Assembly: GCA_963805625.1 (NCBI GenBank)
Contig: CAWDVE010000010.1
Span: forward strand, 160,001 to 224,000
Length of the DNA stretch: 64,000 nt
Reading direction: 5' to 3'
Source of the DNA: an uncultured Candidatus Rokubacteria bacterium
GTDB taxonomy: Bacteria > Methylomirabilota > Methylomirabilia > Rokubacteriales > DASRDR01
Under the pieces are notes generated by a model. The model had not been told where the DNA came from, did no database searches, and saw only the letters and a program-made list of their open reading frames with translations. Both the position numbers and the translations under genes were made by a program. This document shows positions 1-9,891 of this stretch, in pieces (the first letter of the stretch is position 1; every line of letters begins with the position of its first letter).

Positions 1-367
1 CGCGGCGGCGGCCGAGATCCTCGTGGGCCTCGTCCCGGGAGTGCGGGTGCTCTGGGCTCACGCGGGCATGAGCTCGGGGCCGGACGAGGTGAGCCGCCTC
101 GTCGGCGTCTCGGTCGACCTCCTGGTCGAGCTGGCCCTCAGGTCGGACGTGGCCCCGGGCGGGCAGCTCGATCCCGCGTGGCGGGACCTCTTCCTCCGCC
201 ACCCCGACCGCTTCATGGTGGGGACCGACACCTGGGTCTCCTCACGCTGGGCAGGGTACGTCGAGGTCCAGAACGATGCCCGCACCTGGCTCCGCCAGCT
301 CCCGCCCGAGGTGGCGCGCCGGTTGGCGACCGAGAACGCCGAGTCGCTCGCGCGTCGCGGCCCCTGA
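1..367 (+). CDS. Amidohydrolase-family protein, C-terminal part (5' truncated by window)
   Basis: Frame open from the window edge; motifs LWAHAGM and RFMVGTD and terminal ATENA typical of amidohydrolase_2 TIM barrels. Confidence 0.7.
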   Translation, partial: AAAAEILVGLVPGVRVLWAHAGMSSGPDEVSRLVGVSVDLLVELALRSDVAPGGQLDPAWRDLFLRHPDRFMVGTDTWVSSRWAGYVEVQNDARTWLRQLPPEVARRLATENAESLARRGP

Positions 368-429
368 GGCCGGCCGAAGGGCCGCCCGTCAATGACCCAC
401 GATCTGCGTCCGGGGGAGATCAACGACCG

Positions 430-1218
430 ATGACCCGCTACGCCGCGAACCTGACGATGCTGTTCAACGAGGTGCCGTTCCTGGAGCGCTTCGAGCGGGC
501 AGCCGCCGCGGGGTTCCGCGCGGTCGAGTTCCTGTTCATCCACACCGCGGATGCGAGCGCGGTCGAGCGGGAGCTGGAGCGGCACGGCCTCGAGCTGGTC
601 CTCTTCGATCCCGAGGGCGGCGATTTTGCGGCCGGCGACCGCGGGTACCTCTGCGATCCGGCCCGGCGCGACCATCTCTTCACGACGATCCAGGACGCCG
701 TGGCGGTGGCGCGGCGCGTGGGCTGCCGACGACTGAACGTCCTCGCGGGGAACCGCCCCCCGGGCGTCTCCGAGCGCATCCTGCGGCGCACCGCGGTGGA
801 GAACCTGAAGCGAGCGGCCCCGGTGGCCCGCGAGGCAGGCATCACCCTCCTGGTCGAAATGCTCAACGCGTGGGAGAGCCCCCGGTACTTTCTCGACCGG
901 CTGGAGCTCGGGCTGGACATCGTCCGGGAGGTGGGCGAGCCGAACGTCCGCTTCCAGTACGACTGCTACCACATCCAGCGGATGGAGGGTCAGGTCATCG
1001 ACGGCCTGGTCCGGAATCTCGCTTGGATCGGGCACGTCCAGATCGCGGACGTGCCCGGACGGCACGAGCCCGGCACCGGGGAGGTCCACTACGGGAACGT
1101 CTTGGCGGCGCTCGATCGGGCCGGATACGAGGGCTACGTGGGGCTCGAGTACCGGCCCTTGGCCAAGACCGAGGACTCCTTCGCCTGGCTGCCGCGGGAG
1201 GCCCGGGCGCGCCGGTAG
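430..1218 (+). CDS. hyi: Hydroxypyruvate isomerase family protein
   Basis: MTRYAANLTMLFNE start, LLVEMLN, YDCYHIQRMEG, HVQIADVPGRHEPGTGE, GYVGLEY. Confidence 0.9.
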   Translation: MTRYAANLTMLFNEVPFLERFERAAAAGFRAVEFLFIHTADASAVERELERHGLELVLFDPEGGDFAAGDRGYLCDPARRDHLFTTIQDAVAVARRVGCRRLNVLAGNRPPGVSERILRRTAVENLKRAAPVAREAGITLLVEMLNAWESPRYFLDRLELGLDIVREVGEPNVRFQYDCYHIQRMEGQVIDGLVRNLAWIGHVQIADVPGRHEPGTGEVHYGNVLAALDRAGYEGYVGLEYRPLAKTEDSFAWLPREARARR

Positions 1219-2093
1219 CGGCGGCCCCGGCGCTCGGACCCACGGCCGACCACCCCGCGTCGGAGGCGTCGCGGTCCCACCCAGTCGCGACGCCGCTCCG
1301 GAGCGCCTTCCGCTACTTCTACGAGCACGACGGCTTCTTCCTGGCCGCCGGGCTCTCCTTCTACGTCGTGATCTGCATCGTGCCCTTTCTCCTCCTGGTG
1401 ATTGCCGGGAGCGCGTTCCTGATCTCCAACGAGATGGTGCTACGCGAGGTCGTGGAAAGGCTGGGGGCGCTGCTCCCCGTGTACCAGGCCGAGATGGAAG
1501 CCGCCCTCCGGGCGGTGATCGACGCGAGAGGCGTGTCGAGTCTGATCGGTACCCTGATCCTTCTCTTCTTCGCCTCGCAGCTGTTCGCCGCGACGCGCCT
1601 CGTGCTGAACCGGGTGTTCCAGCACAAGGGCCGGGGTCTGATCCACGGGATGCTGTTCGACGTGGGGATGATCCTGCTCCTGACGGTCGTCTTTCTCGCG
1701 AGCATCGCCGTCACCGGGGCGTTCGCGTGGGTGCGGGGGATCGCACTCCTTGCGGGCCGGGCCGCATTCGTGTCGACGGCTTTCTACTGGGCCGGGCTCC
1801 TGCTGGCGCTTCTCCTGGACACCGCGCTCTTCGTGGTGATCTACCGGTTCGTGCCGAACCGGCGCATCCGCTGGTCGAGCGTGCTCGCAGGAGGGCTGGC
1901 GACGGCGGTTCTCTGGGAGAGCGCGAAGCAGGCCTTCCGCTGGTGGATCCAGGGTATCGGGCTCTACAGCGCAGTGTACGGATCGCTGGGAGTTACGGTC
2001 GCCCTCATGATGTGGGTGTACTACTCGGCGACCGTCTTCATCATCGGCGCGGCGCTGATCCGCGGGCTCGAGGAACATCGGAGCCGCGTTTGA
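1185..2093 (+). CDS. YihY/virulence factor BrkB family membrane protein (start uncertain)
   Basis: AAGLSFY, YRFVP, YSAVYGSLG motifs and multiple TM segments; no ATG/GTG/TTG near the domain start, CTG at 1185 follows GAGGA. Confidence 0.8.
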   Translation: MAAAGGPGAPVAAAPALGPTADHPASEASRSHPVATPLRSAFRYFYEHDGFFLAAGLSFYVVICIVPFLLLVIAGSAFLISNEMVLREVVERLGALLPVYQAEMEAALRAVIDARGVSSLIGTLILLFFASQLFAATRLVLNRVFQHKGRGLIHGMLFDVGMILLLTVVFLASIAVTGAFAWVRGIALLAGRAAFVSTAFYWAGLLLALLLDTALFVVIYRFVPNRRIRWSSVLAGGLATAVLWESAKQAFRWWIQGIGLYSAVYGSLGVTVALMMWVYYSATVFIIGAALIRGLEEHRSRV

Positions 2094-2101
2094 CCCCGTG
2101 T

Positions 2102-2130
2102 TTGACCCGTCTCTCGGGTCCGCCTATAAT
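2102..2130 (+). promoter_or_regulatory. sigma70 promoter of selD operon
   Basis: TTGACC-17 bp-TATAAT. Confidence 0.85.
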
Positions 2131-2205
2131 CCGGCATCGTCCCGCCGCCGGCGCCGCATCCCAAGAGCGGCGCGGCCCCGTCTCCGGAGGGGAGGTGATT
2201 CGAGG

Positions 2206-3249
2206 ATGGACACGCCCGTTCGCCTGACGACGCTCTCTCACGGCGCCGGCTGAGCCTGCAAGCTCGGGCCAGAGGATCTGGCCCAGGTGCTGCGGATGCT
2301 GCCGCCGATCACCGACCCCAACGTGCTGGTGGGACCGGAGACCTGCGACGACGCCGCGGTCTATCGACTGACCGACGGGCTCGCGCTCGTGCTGACGGTG
2401 GACTTCTTCACGCCCATCGTAGACGATCCGTACGCCTTCGGGCAGATCGCCGCCGCCAACTCGCTCTCCGACGTCTACGCGATGGGCGGGCGTCCGATCG
2501 CGATGCTGTCGATCGTCGGATTCCCGAGGGACAAGCTCCCCATGACCGTGCTTGGCGAAGCCCTGCGGGGCGGCGCCGAGAAGGCGCGCGAGGCGGGCGT
2601 GAGCGTCGTCGGAGGCCACTCCATCGACGACGCGGAACCCAAGCTCGGCTACGCCGTCGTGGGGCTGGTCCATCCCGGGCGCATCTGGCGGAACGTCGGC
2701 GCCCGACCGGGCGACGCGCTCGTCCTCACGAAGCCGCTCGGCACCGGCATCATCTCGACCGCGATCAAACAGGCGCAGGCGCCGGAGCGGGCGGTGACGG
2801 CGGCCATCCGGACGATGGCTACCTTGAATCGGTCGGCGGCCGAGGCTGCCGCCACGGTGCCGGTCCACGCGGTGACGGACGTCACGGGGTTCGGGCTCCT
2901 CGGCCACCTCCGGGAGATGACCCAGGGCTCGAAGGTGCATGCCCGGCTCCATGCGGGGCGGATCCCGCTCCTCCCGGACGTCGTGGCGCTCGCCGAGGCG
3001 GGCTTGATCCCGGGCGGGACCAGGCGGAACCTCCATGCGGTGGTGACGACGGTGGAGTGGGATCCGAGCCTCCCCGAGTCACTCCGTTTCGTGATCGGGG
3101 ACGCGCAGACATCGGGCGGGCTGCTCGTCGCGACACCCGATGGCGCGGCGCTCCTCCGAGCGCTGGACGCGGCGGGCGTGGAGGGGGCCGCTCAGATCGG
3201 CGAGGTCGTCGGCGAGGATCCGGCGGGGACAATCCAGGTGATGCCGTGA
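2206..3249 (+). CDS. selD: Selenide, water dikinase (selenophosphate synthetase), selenocysteine-containing
   Basis: MDTPVRLTTLSHGAG-U(TGA 2251-2253)-ACKLGP in frame with DDAAVY, DFFTPIVDDP, SDVYAMGG, TDVTGFGL, DAQTSGGLL; SD GGAGG upstream. Confidence 0.95.
2266..2284 (+). promoter_or_regulatory. Bacterial SECIS hairpin
   Basis: GGGCCAGA-GGA-TCTGGCCC perfect stem starting 12 nt after the in-frame UGA, G-led apical loop. Confidence 0.8.
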
Positions 3250-4166
3250 GCGCGCGCATCCTGGAGGGCCGGATTGCCGTGATCACGGGCGGCGGCCGGG
3301 GAATCGGGCGGGAGATCGCCCTCCTGATGGCCGCGTCGGGTGCCCGCGTCGTCGTGAACGATCTTGGCGGCGCCGCGGACGGCAGCGGCGGAGCCGCGTC
3401 TCCCGCCGAGGACGTCGTGCGCGAGATCCAGGCCACGGGCGGGCAGGCCGTGGCGAGCTCCGAGTCCGTGACCACGATGGCGGGCGGGGCGCGGATCGTC
3501 GAGACCGCGGTCGACCATTTCGGGCGGGTCGACATCGTGGTGAACAATGCCGGGATCGTCCGCGACCGGATGATCTTCAACATGACCGAGGAGGAGTGGG
3601 ACGCGGTCATCGCCGTCCACCTCAAGGGTAGCTTCGCCCTGACCCGGGCGGCCGCTCCGCGCTTTCGCGAGCAGCGATGGGGGCGATTCATCAACATGAC
3701 GTCGACCTCGGGTCTCGTCGGCAACGTGGGTCAGGCGAACTACGCCGCGGCGAAGCTCGGGATCGTGGGGCTCACTCGCGTGACCGCCCTCGACATGGCG
3801 CGGTACAACGTGACGGCGAACTGCATCTCGCCGTTCGCCTGGACGCGGCTCATCGGCACGATTCCGACCGACACGCCCGAGCAGAAGGCTCGGGTCGCCA
3901 AGCTCGAGAAGATGTCGCCCCGCGACGTCGCGCCGATGGCCGTCTATCTCGCCTCGGACGACGCGGGTGAGGTGAGCGGGCAGATCTTCGGCGTGCGCGG
4001 CAAGGAGATCTTCCTGTTCTCCCAGCCGCGCCCGGTGCGCGCGATCCACCGGCACGACGGCTGGACGCCCGAGCGTCTGGCCGAGACCTTCCGAGGCACC
4101 CTCGGGCACCACCTGGTGCCGCTCGAGAGCTCGGCCCAGTACTTCAGCTACGACCCCCTCGTCTGA
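3246..4166 (+). CDS. SDR family NAD(P)-dependent oxidoreductase
   Basis: TGGGRGIG, NNAG, YAAAK; GTGA overlap with selD stop. Confidence 0.9.
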   Translation: MSARILEGRIAVITGGGRGIGREIALLMAASGARVVVNDLGGAADGSGGAASPAEDVVREIQATGGQAVASSESVTTMAGGARIVETAVDHFGRVDIVVNNAGIVRDRMIFNMTEEEWDAVIAVHLKGSFALTRAAAPRFREQRWGRFINMTSTSGLVGNVGQANYAAAKLGIVGLTRVTALDMARYNVTANCISPFAWTRLIGTIPTDTPEQKARVAKLEKMSPRDVAPMAVYLASDDAGEVSGQIFGVRGKEIFLFSQPRPVRAIHRHDGWTPERLAETFRGTLGHHLVPLESSAQYFSYDPLV

Positions 4167-6129
4167 TGCGGGGGGCGGGCGCCGGCGCCCGTCCGCGCAC
4201 GACCCACGCGAGCCAGACGCCCGCCCCGATGATGAAGAGCGTCAAGGCGCTCCACTCGAGCCAGCCCTCGGAGTAGACGAGCTCCGCCTCGAAGAGGTCG
4301 ACCGGGACGCGGAACTCGAGTAGGCCCCAGTTGTCCACCCGGGTCTCGAGGCGACCCGCGGCGCTCTTGACCCGCCAGAGCGGGTAGGCCGCGATGCCGG
4401 TGGGGATCCATACGCCGCCCGTCGGGGAGACGAGGACACGGTAGCGCCGCGAGGTGATCCGCTCGACGCGCGGCCAGGGGCGGTCTCGCCGCTCGAAGAG
4501 GGTGAAACCCGCCGCATCGCCGGCTGGCGCGTATTCGGGGCCAAGAAAGCGAGCCCGGGCCGCGTCGCCCGCCCGGACGACGACGGTGCCGATGCGGAGC
4601 CTCCGGGCGAACCGGTCGAAGCTCGCCGCGGAGAGACGGTCCCACGGCTCGCCGAGGAGGCGCTGGCCGTCGAGGCGCTCGGCGAGGGTCAGAAGCCGTG
4701 CGGGCGGCACCGCCTGGCCGGTGTAGAAGCGCGCGGCCATGGGCGAAGGATGGGTGAACGTCCCGTTCACTATCTCGCGGCCGGCCCGGAGGGGCACGAG
4801 GCTGGTGACGTGGCTGTGGGAGGCGTACCACGCCGGACTGTTGTCGAGCTTGAGCGAAGACGTGAGGAAGAGGACGCGGTCCGTCCCGCCGCGGAGCGCG
4901 CTCCAGAGTCGGTCGAGGTGATGGCGGCGCGTCACCTCTTCCAGCGTGGGCCACTCGTCCGCCGCGGGCCAGACGGCAAGCGTGGGCGGTTGCGCCCCGC
5001 GGTCAGGGAGAAGCGCCGCCAACGCGATCACCAGCAGCACGACGAGGGGTCGGCTCCGAGGGTCCGCCCGAGCAGGGACGAGCCGGTCGACGACGACGCC
5101 GGCGCCGAGCCCGCCTGCCCAGACCGAGGCCTGTACAATCCCGTCGAGGAGGCGCTGAGGCTCGACCGCGAGCCAGCCTCGCGGGAAGAGCCAGACGTCG
5201 CCGAGGAAGAGCGCCGCGAGCGCGAGCGGCAGCCCCGCGAGCAGCGCGTCGAAGGGTCGCCGCCGGATCCCGACCGCGATCCAGGCCGTCAGCGCCGTCA
5301 TGCCGAGGGCCAGGAGCACCGGTCGCCCCGGAAGGTCACCGGGGAGCCCGAGAGAGAGGTCGCCCCAGGCCAGCGGCACCACCCAGGCGTGCCGAACGGC
5401 GAACGGCAGGCTCCAGAAAGCCGTCAGAGCGAGGGTGAAGCCCACCGTCGAGCCAGCCTGCCAGATGGTCCGTCGCTCGGGCCGGGCCAGAAACGACAGG
5501 GCCGTCGCGAGACCGAAGAGGGCCAGCACGGACGGGAGCGTGGAAGGGTGGGACAGGATCGCCAGGGCGGCGAGGGGTGGCGCCCAGCGCGGAAGGCGGC
5601 CACCCTCGACCCAGGGACGCAGCGCGAGGGCGAGGAGAGGCAGCCAGGCCAGACCGAGACGGGTCGTGAGAGTTCCCCATCGAAGCCCGGCCTCCACGCC
5701 TCCCCGGAGGTCCGCGGAGAGCGTGAGCGCGAGGAACGCCCCGGGCAGGGCCAGCCACCGGTCACCCAGCACGCGCGCGAGGAGCGCGTAGGTCGTGACT
5801 CCCGGGGCGAGGAAGACGACCGCGCACAGGAGGCGGTACACCGTCTCGACCGACGGTCGCCAGATTAACACCGCCCGGATAGCGGCCCCCACGAGCGCGA
5901 TTCCGGGGGGATAGAACTGGAGTTCCGGATACCCGCCCCACCAGTCGGGATTCCAGTCGGCGGTCCAGGTGGCCGAGGGCAGGGAGCGATCGAGCGCGTG
6001 CCAGAGCCGGAAGAGTTGTCCCGGATGGTCGTCGAACACCGGGACGCCCCGCCCGAGGGCGACGTAGGCGAACGCGCCGCCATATAGGAGGAGCAGGAGT
6101 AGCGGCGCCTCGCGCCGCAGGGCCCTCAT
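4144..6129 (-). CDS. Polytopic membrane protein, PTPS-related / GT-C glycosyltransferase-like
   Basis: 661 aa; DDHPG after first TM, WNPDWWGGYPELQFYPP motif, many TM helices. Confidence 0.65.
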   Translation of the reverse strand: MRALRREAPLLLLLLYGGAFAYVALGRGVPVFDDHPGQLFRLWHALDRSLPSATWTADWNPDWWGGYPELQFYPPGIALVGAAIRAVLIWRPSVETVYRLLCAVVFLAPGVTTYALLARVLGDRWLALPGAFLALTLSADLRGGVEAGLRWGTLTTRLGLAWLPLLALALRPWVEGGRLPRWAPPLAALAILSHPSTLPSVLALFGLATALSFLARPERRTIWQAGSTVGFTLALTAFWSLPFAVRHAWVVPLAWGDLSLGLPGDLPGRPVLLALGMTALTAWIAVGIRRRPFDALLAGLPLALAALFLGDVWLFPRGWLAVEPQRLLDGIVQASVWAGGLGAGVVVDRLVPARADPRSRPLVVLLVIALAALLPDRGAQPPTLAVWPAADEWPTLEEVTRRHHLDRLWSALRGGTDRVLFLTSSLKLDNSPAWYASHSHVTSLVPLRAGREIVNGTFTHPSPMAARFYTGQAVPPARLLTLAERLDGQRLLGEPWDRLSAASFDRFARRLRIGTVVVRAGDAARARFLGPEYAPAGDAAGFTLFERRDRPWPRVERITSRRYRVLVSPTGGVWIPTGIAAYPLWRVKSAAGRLETRVDNWGLLEFRVPVDLFEAELVYSEGWLEWSALTLFIIGAGVWLAWVVRGRAPAPAPRIRRGGRS

Positions 6130-6318
6130 GGGGGCATCGTACTATCGAGCCGCACACGGACGGTCGGGTCTCGGCGCGTCCGGGCGGAGTGGTCGAACAG
6201 CCCTTCCTTGGTGTGAGCAGTTCGTTGACGCCTCCGGGGGGGCATGGTAAATGTCTCTGGTCCGCGTCGGGACCCGATCTCGTTGAGTGGGGCTCAAATC
6301 CCCCGGAGGACCCGGCTC

Positions 6319-7566
6319 ATGACTCATGTCCGAGGGCTCGTCTGCCGCGAGTGTGGCCGCGGTGTTGCGCAGAGCCCGGTCCACGTCTGCGAGTACTGCT
6401 TCGGCCCCCTCGAGGTCGACTACGACTATCCGGCGATCCGCGCGATCCTGACACGCGACCGCATCGCGGCGGGCCCCTCGAGCATCTGGCGCTACCGCGA
6501 TCTCCTGCCGCTCGACGGCGAGCCCCTGGTCGGTCGCCACGTGGGCATGACGCCGCTGGTGCGCGCGCGGAACCTCGGGGACGCATGGGGACTCCGGGAG
6601 CTCTACCTCAAGAACGACGCGGTCTGCCACCCCACCTGGTCCTTTAAGGATCGCGTGGTCTCCGTGGCCGTGAACAAGGCCAGGGAACTCGGCCTCGGCC
6701 CGGTCGCGTGCGCCTCGACGGGGAACCTCGCCAACTCGGTCGCGGCCCACGCCGCCGAGGCGGGCCTACCCGCCTTCGTGTTCATCCCGGTCGGGCTCGA
6801 GGCCGGCAAGGTTCTCGGGACGCTCGTCTACGGACCGGTCGTGTTCGCCGTGGAAGGCACCTACGATGACGTCAACCGCCTGTGCTCGGAGCTCGCCGAT
6901 CGCCATCCCTGGGCCTTCGTCAACGTGAACCTCCGACCCTACTACGCCGAGGGATCCAAGACGGTGGGCTACGAGATCGCCGAGCAGCTGGGCTGGCGCG
7001 CGCCCGCTCACGTGGTCGTTCCGTGCGCCGGCGGCGCCCTCCTGACCAAGATCCGGAAGGCCTTCGCCGAGCTCGCGGACCTCGGTCTCACGGACGGGGG
7101 ACTGCCGCGGATGCACGCGGCGCAGCCGGCCGGCTGCGGGCCCATCGTGACGATGATCCGCGAGGGCGCCGACGTTCTCGTGCCGGTGCGCCCGCGGACG
7201 GTGGCCAAGTCGCTTGCCATCGGGAATCCCGCCGACGGCTACTACGCCGCCCAGGCCGTCCGGGAGTCCGGTGGCTGGGCGGCGCACGCGACGGACGATG
7301 AGATCGTCGAGGCCATGGAGCTTCTGGCCCGGTCCGAGGGGATCTTCGCCGAGACGGCCGGGGGCGTGACCCTGGCCGCCACACGGAAGCTCGTGGCCGA
7401 AGGTTGCATCGGGCGCGACGAGCCGATCGTCGTCTGCATCACGGGAAGTGGTCTGAAGACCGTCGAAGCCCTGGAGCACCGGCTGGCCGAGCCGATGCAC
7501 GTCGCCGCGAGCCTCTCTGCCGTCGAGGCCGTGCTGCCGGAGCTCCAGGCGATCACCGCACGCTAG
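6319..7566 (+). CDS. thrC: Threonine synthase-like PLP enzyme
   Basis: N-terminal CxxC..CxxC, PTWSFKDR (PLP lysine), CASTGNLA, EGSKT, ITGSGLK; SD GGAGG. Confidence 0.85.
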   Translation: MTHVRGLVCRECGRGVAQSPVHVCEYCFGPLEVDYDYPAIRAILTRDRIAAGPSSIWRYRDLLPLDGEPLVGRHVGMTPLVRARNLGDAWGLRELYLKNDAVCHPTWSFKDRVVSVAVNKARELGLGPVACASTGNLANSVAAHAAEAGLPAFVFIPVGLEAGKVLGTLVYGPVVFAVEGTYDDVNRLCSELADRHPWAFVNVNLRPYYAEGSKTVGYEIAEQLGWRAPAHVVVPCAGGALLTKIRKAFAELADLGLTDGGLPRMHAAQPAGCGPIVTMIREGADVLVPVRPRTVAKSLAIGNPADGYYAAQAVRESGGWAAHATDDEIVEAMELLARSEGIFAETAGGVTLAATRKLVAEGCIGRDEPIVVCITGSGLKTVEALEHRLAEPMHVAASLSAVEAVLPELQAITAR

Positions 7567-7578
7567 GAGGATCCGAGA

Positions 7579-7857
7579 ATGTCAGTGCTCGTCCGCATTC
7601 CCACGCCGCTCCGCCGGCACACCGGCGGGACGGGAGAGGTTTACGCCAAGGGCAAGGACGTCGGGGAGCTGGTTGACGACCTCGAGCGGCAGTTCCCCGG
7701 ACTCCGCGACCGCCTCTGCGACGAGACGGGCGATTTCCGGAAGTTCATCAACATCTATGTCAACCAGGAGGACGTTCGCTTCCTCCAGGGACGGGAGAGC
7801 CTGGTCAAGGACGGCGACGAGGTCTCCATCGTCCCCGCGATCGCCGGAGGCTGGTAG
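7579..7857 (+). CDS. MoaD/ThiS/CysO-like ubiquitin-fold sulfur carrier
   Basis: VRIPTPLR, INIYVN.EDVR, ends VPAIAGGW. Confidence 0.9.
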   Translation: MSVLVRIPTPLRRHTGGTGEVYAKGKDVGELVDDLERQFPGLRDRLCDETGDFRKFINIYVNQEDVRFLQGRESLVKDGDEVSIVPAIAGGW

Positions 7858-7885
7858 CCGTTCCGGTCGGAGGGGCCAGCCGGCC

Positions 7886-8671
7886 GTGAGCATTCGCTTC
7901 CAGTTCTCCGAGGCCGAGCTCCGTCGCTACAGCCGGCAGATGATCCTGCCGGAGGTGGGCGGAGCGGGGCAGGCGCGTCTCCGGCAGGCGCGCGTGGTCG
8001 TGGTGGGCGCCGGAGGACTGGGCTCGCCGGCGGCGCTCTACCTGGCGGCGGCGGGCGTTGGCACGCTCGGGCTGATCGACTCCGACCGCGTCGACCTGTC
8101 CAACCTCCAGCGTCAGATCCTTCACGGCACCAAGGCCCTCGACCTGCCCAAGGTGACGTCCGCGCAGGGGCGGCTGGAAGAGCTAAACCCGGACGTACGC
8201 GTGGTGCCCCACGCGCTTCGCCTCGACCGGGACAACGCTCCGGGCGTCCTCGGGCAATACGACGTCGTGGTTGAGGGTTCCGACAACCTCGAGACCAAGC
8301 TTGTCGTCAACGACGCGTGCGTCGCGCTCGGTCGGCCGCTGGTCGTGGCGGGCATCCTCCGCTGGGACGGACAACTCCTGGTCGTGCGCCCGGGTTCGAG
8401 CGCCTGCTACCGCTGCGTCTACCGGCGGGAGGCGCCGGAGGGGACCGTGCCGAGCTGCGAGGCGGCCGGCATCGTGGGGCCGGTGGCAGGTGTTGTGGGG
8501 AGCCTCCAGGCCGTCGAGGCTCTGAAGCTCTGCCTCGGTCTCGACAGCGCGGCGACCGGGCGTCTCCTGCTGTACGATGGCGCGGTGGCGGAGGTTCGCG
8601 CTATCACGGTGCGGCCGGATCCCACATGCCCGGCCTGCGGTACCTTGCGTTCGAAGGAGCGAGCACACTGA
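7886..8671 (+). CDS. moeB: MoeB/ThiF family adenylyltransferase
   Basis: RYSRQ, GAGGLG, DRVDLSNLQRQ, CYRC and CPAC zinc site. Confidence 0.9.
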   Translation: MSIRFQFSEAELRRYSRQMILPEVGGAGQARLRQARVVVVGAGGLGSPAALYLAAAGVGTLGLIDSDRVDLSNLQRQILHGTKALDLPKVTSAQGRLEELNPDVRVVPHALRLDRDNAPGVLGQYDVVVEGSDNLETKLVVNDACVALGRPLVVAGILRWDGQLLVVRPGSSACYRCVYRREAPEGTVPSCEAAGIVGPVAGVVGSLQAVEALKLCLGLDSAATGRLLLYDGAVAEVRAITVRPDPTCPACGTLRSKERAH

Positions 8672-9840
8672 TGATCTCCAAGCGCGTCCAGGGCTTCACC
8701 GAGTCCGTGATTCGCGAGATGACCCGGGTCAGTGCCCAGTACGGCGGGGTCAACCTCGCCCAGGGCTTCCCGAACTTCCCGCCGCCCCGGGTGCTGGTCG
8801 AGGCGGCGCACCGGGCGCTCGACGGGGACTTCCACCAGTACGCGATCACCTGGGGCGCACGGAACCTCCGCGAGGCGATCGCGGCGAAGTTCGAGCGCTT
8901 CTACGGCCCTCGCGTCGACCCGGAGCGACAGGTGACCGTGTGCTGCGGCTCGACGGAGGCGATGCTGTCGACGCTCCTCGCCGTCCTCGACCCCGGCGAC
9001 GAGATCGTCATCTTCGAGCCGTTCTACGAGAATTACGGGCCGGGCGCGATCATCTCCGGCGCGAAGCCCGTCTTCGTGCCGCTCGAGCCGCCCGATTTCT
9101 CCTTCGACCCCGATCGCCTGGCGCGCGCCTTCACGCCGCGGACGCGGGCGATCGTGTTCAACAGCCCGAACAATCCGACGGGCAAGGTGTTCTCGCTCCG
9201 CGAGCTCGAGATCATCGCCGAGCTGTGCCAGCGGCACGACGTGCTCGCGATCACCGACGAGATCTACGAGCACATGGTCTACGACGGCCTCCGACACATC
9301 CCCATCGCCACGCTCCCGGGAATGGCGGATCGCACGGTCACGATCTCGGGGATCTCCAAGTCCTACTCGGTCACGGGCTGGCGGATCGGCTACACGATCA
9401 GCTCGCCGGAGCTCGCGGTCGGCATCCGCCGGGCCCACGACTTCGTCACGGTGGGGGCGCCCGCACCGCTGCAGGAGGCGGCGGTGACTGCCCTCAACCT
9501 CCCGATGGCGTACTACGACACCCTCCGCGATGCTTACCAGGCGCGCCGGGACTTGCTCCGGGGTCTTCTGGACAAGGCCGGGTTCAAGACCTTTGAACCG
9601 CGTGGCGCGTACTATATCCTCACCGAGTGCGATCACTTCCTCGAGCGCTACGGCCTGCCCGACGACACGGCGTTCGCCATGTACCTCATCAAGGAGGTGG
9701 GTGTGGCGACGGTGCCGGGATCGTCCTTCTACGCGCACCCGGAGCTCGGGCGCACGAAGATCCGCTTCTGCTTCCCGAAGACGGACGACGTGCTCCTCGA
9801 CGCGGGCCAGCGCCTTCAGCGCCTTCCGGCCGGCAGGTAG
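8671..9840 (+). CDS. Class I/II PLP-dependent aminotransferase
   Basis: NLAQGFP, NSPNNPTG, DEIY, SKSYSVTGWRIG; TGATG coupling to moeB. Confidence 0.9.
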   Translation: MISKRVQGFTESVIREMTRVSAQYGGVNLAQGFPNFPPPRVLVEAAHRALDGDFHQYAITWGARNLREAIAAKFERFYGPRVDPERQVTVCCGSTEAMLSTLLAVLDPGDEIVIFEPFYENYGPGAIISGAKPVFVPLEPPDFSFDPDRLARAFTPRTRAIVFNSPNNPTGKVFSLRELEIIAELCQRHDVLAITDEIYEHMVYDGLRHIPIATLPGMADRTVTISGISKSYSVTGWRIGYTISSPELAVGIRRAHDFVTVGAPAPLQEAAVTALNLPMAYYDTLRDAYQARRDLLRGLLDKAGFKTFEPRGAYYILTECDHFLERYGLPDDTAFAMYLIKEVGVATVPGSSFYAHPELGRTKIRFCFPKTDDVLLDAGQRLQRLPAGR

Positions 9841-9891
9841 TCCGCTTCTTGACCCATCCGCCGCGCGGCCGGTGCCCTCACGGTTCCGGAC

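Noticed and set aside
6130-6318. SAM riboswitch or T-box leader before thrC-like gene
   Set aside because: No recognisable conserved core and little room once the divergent promoter region is allowed for
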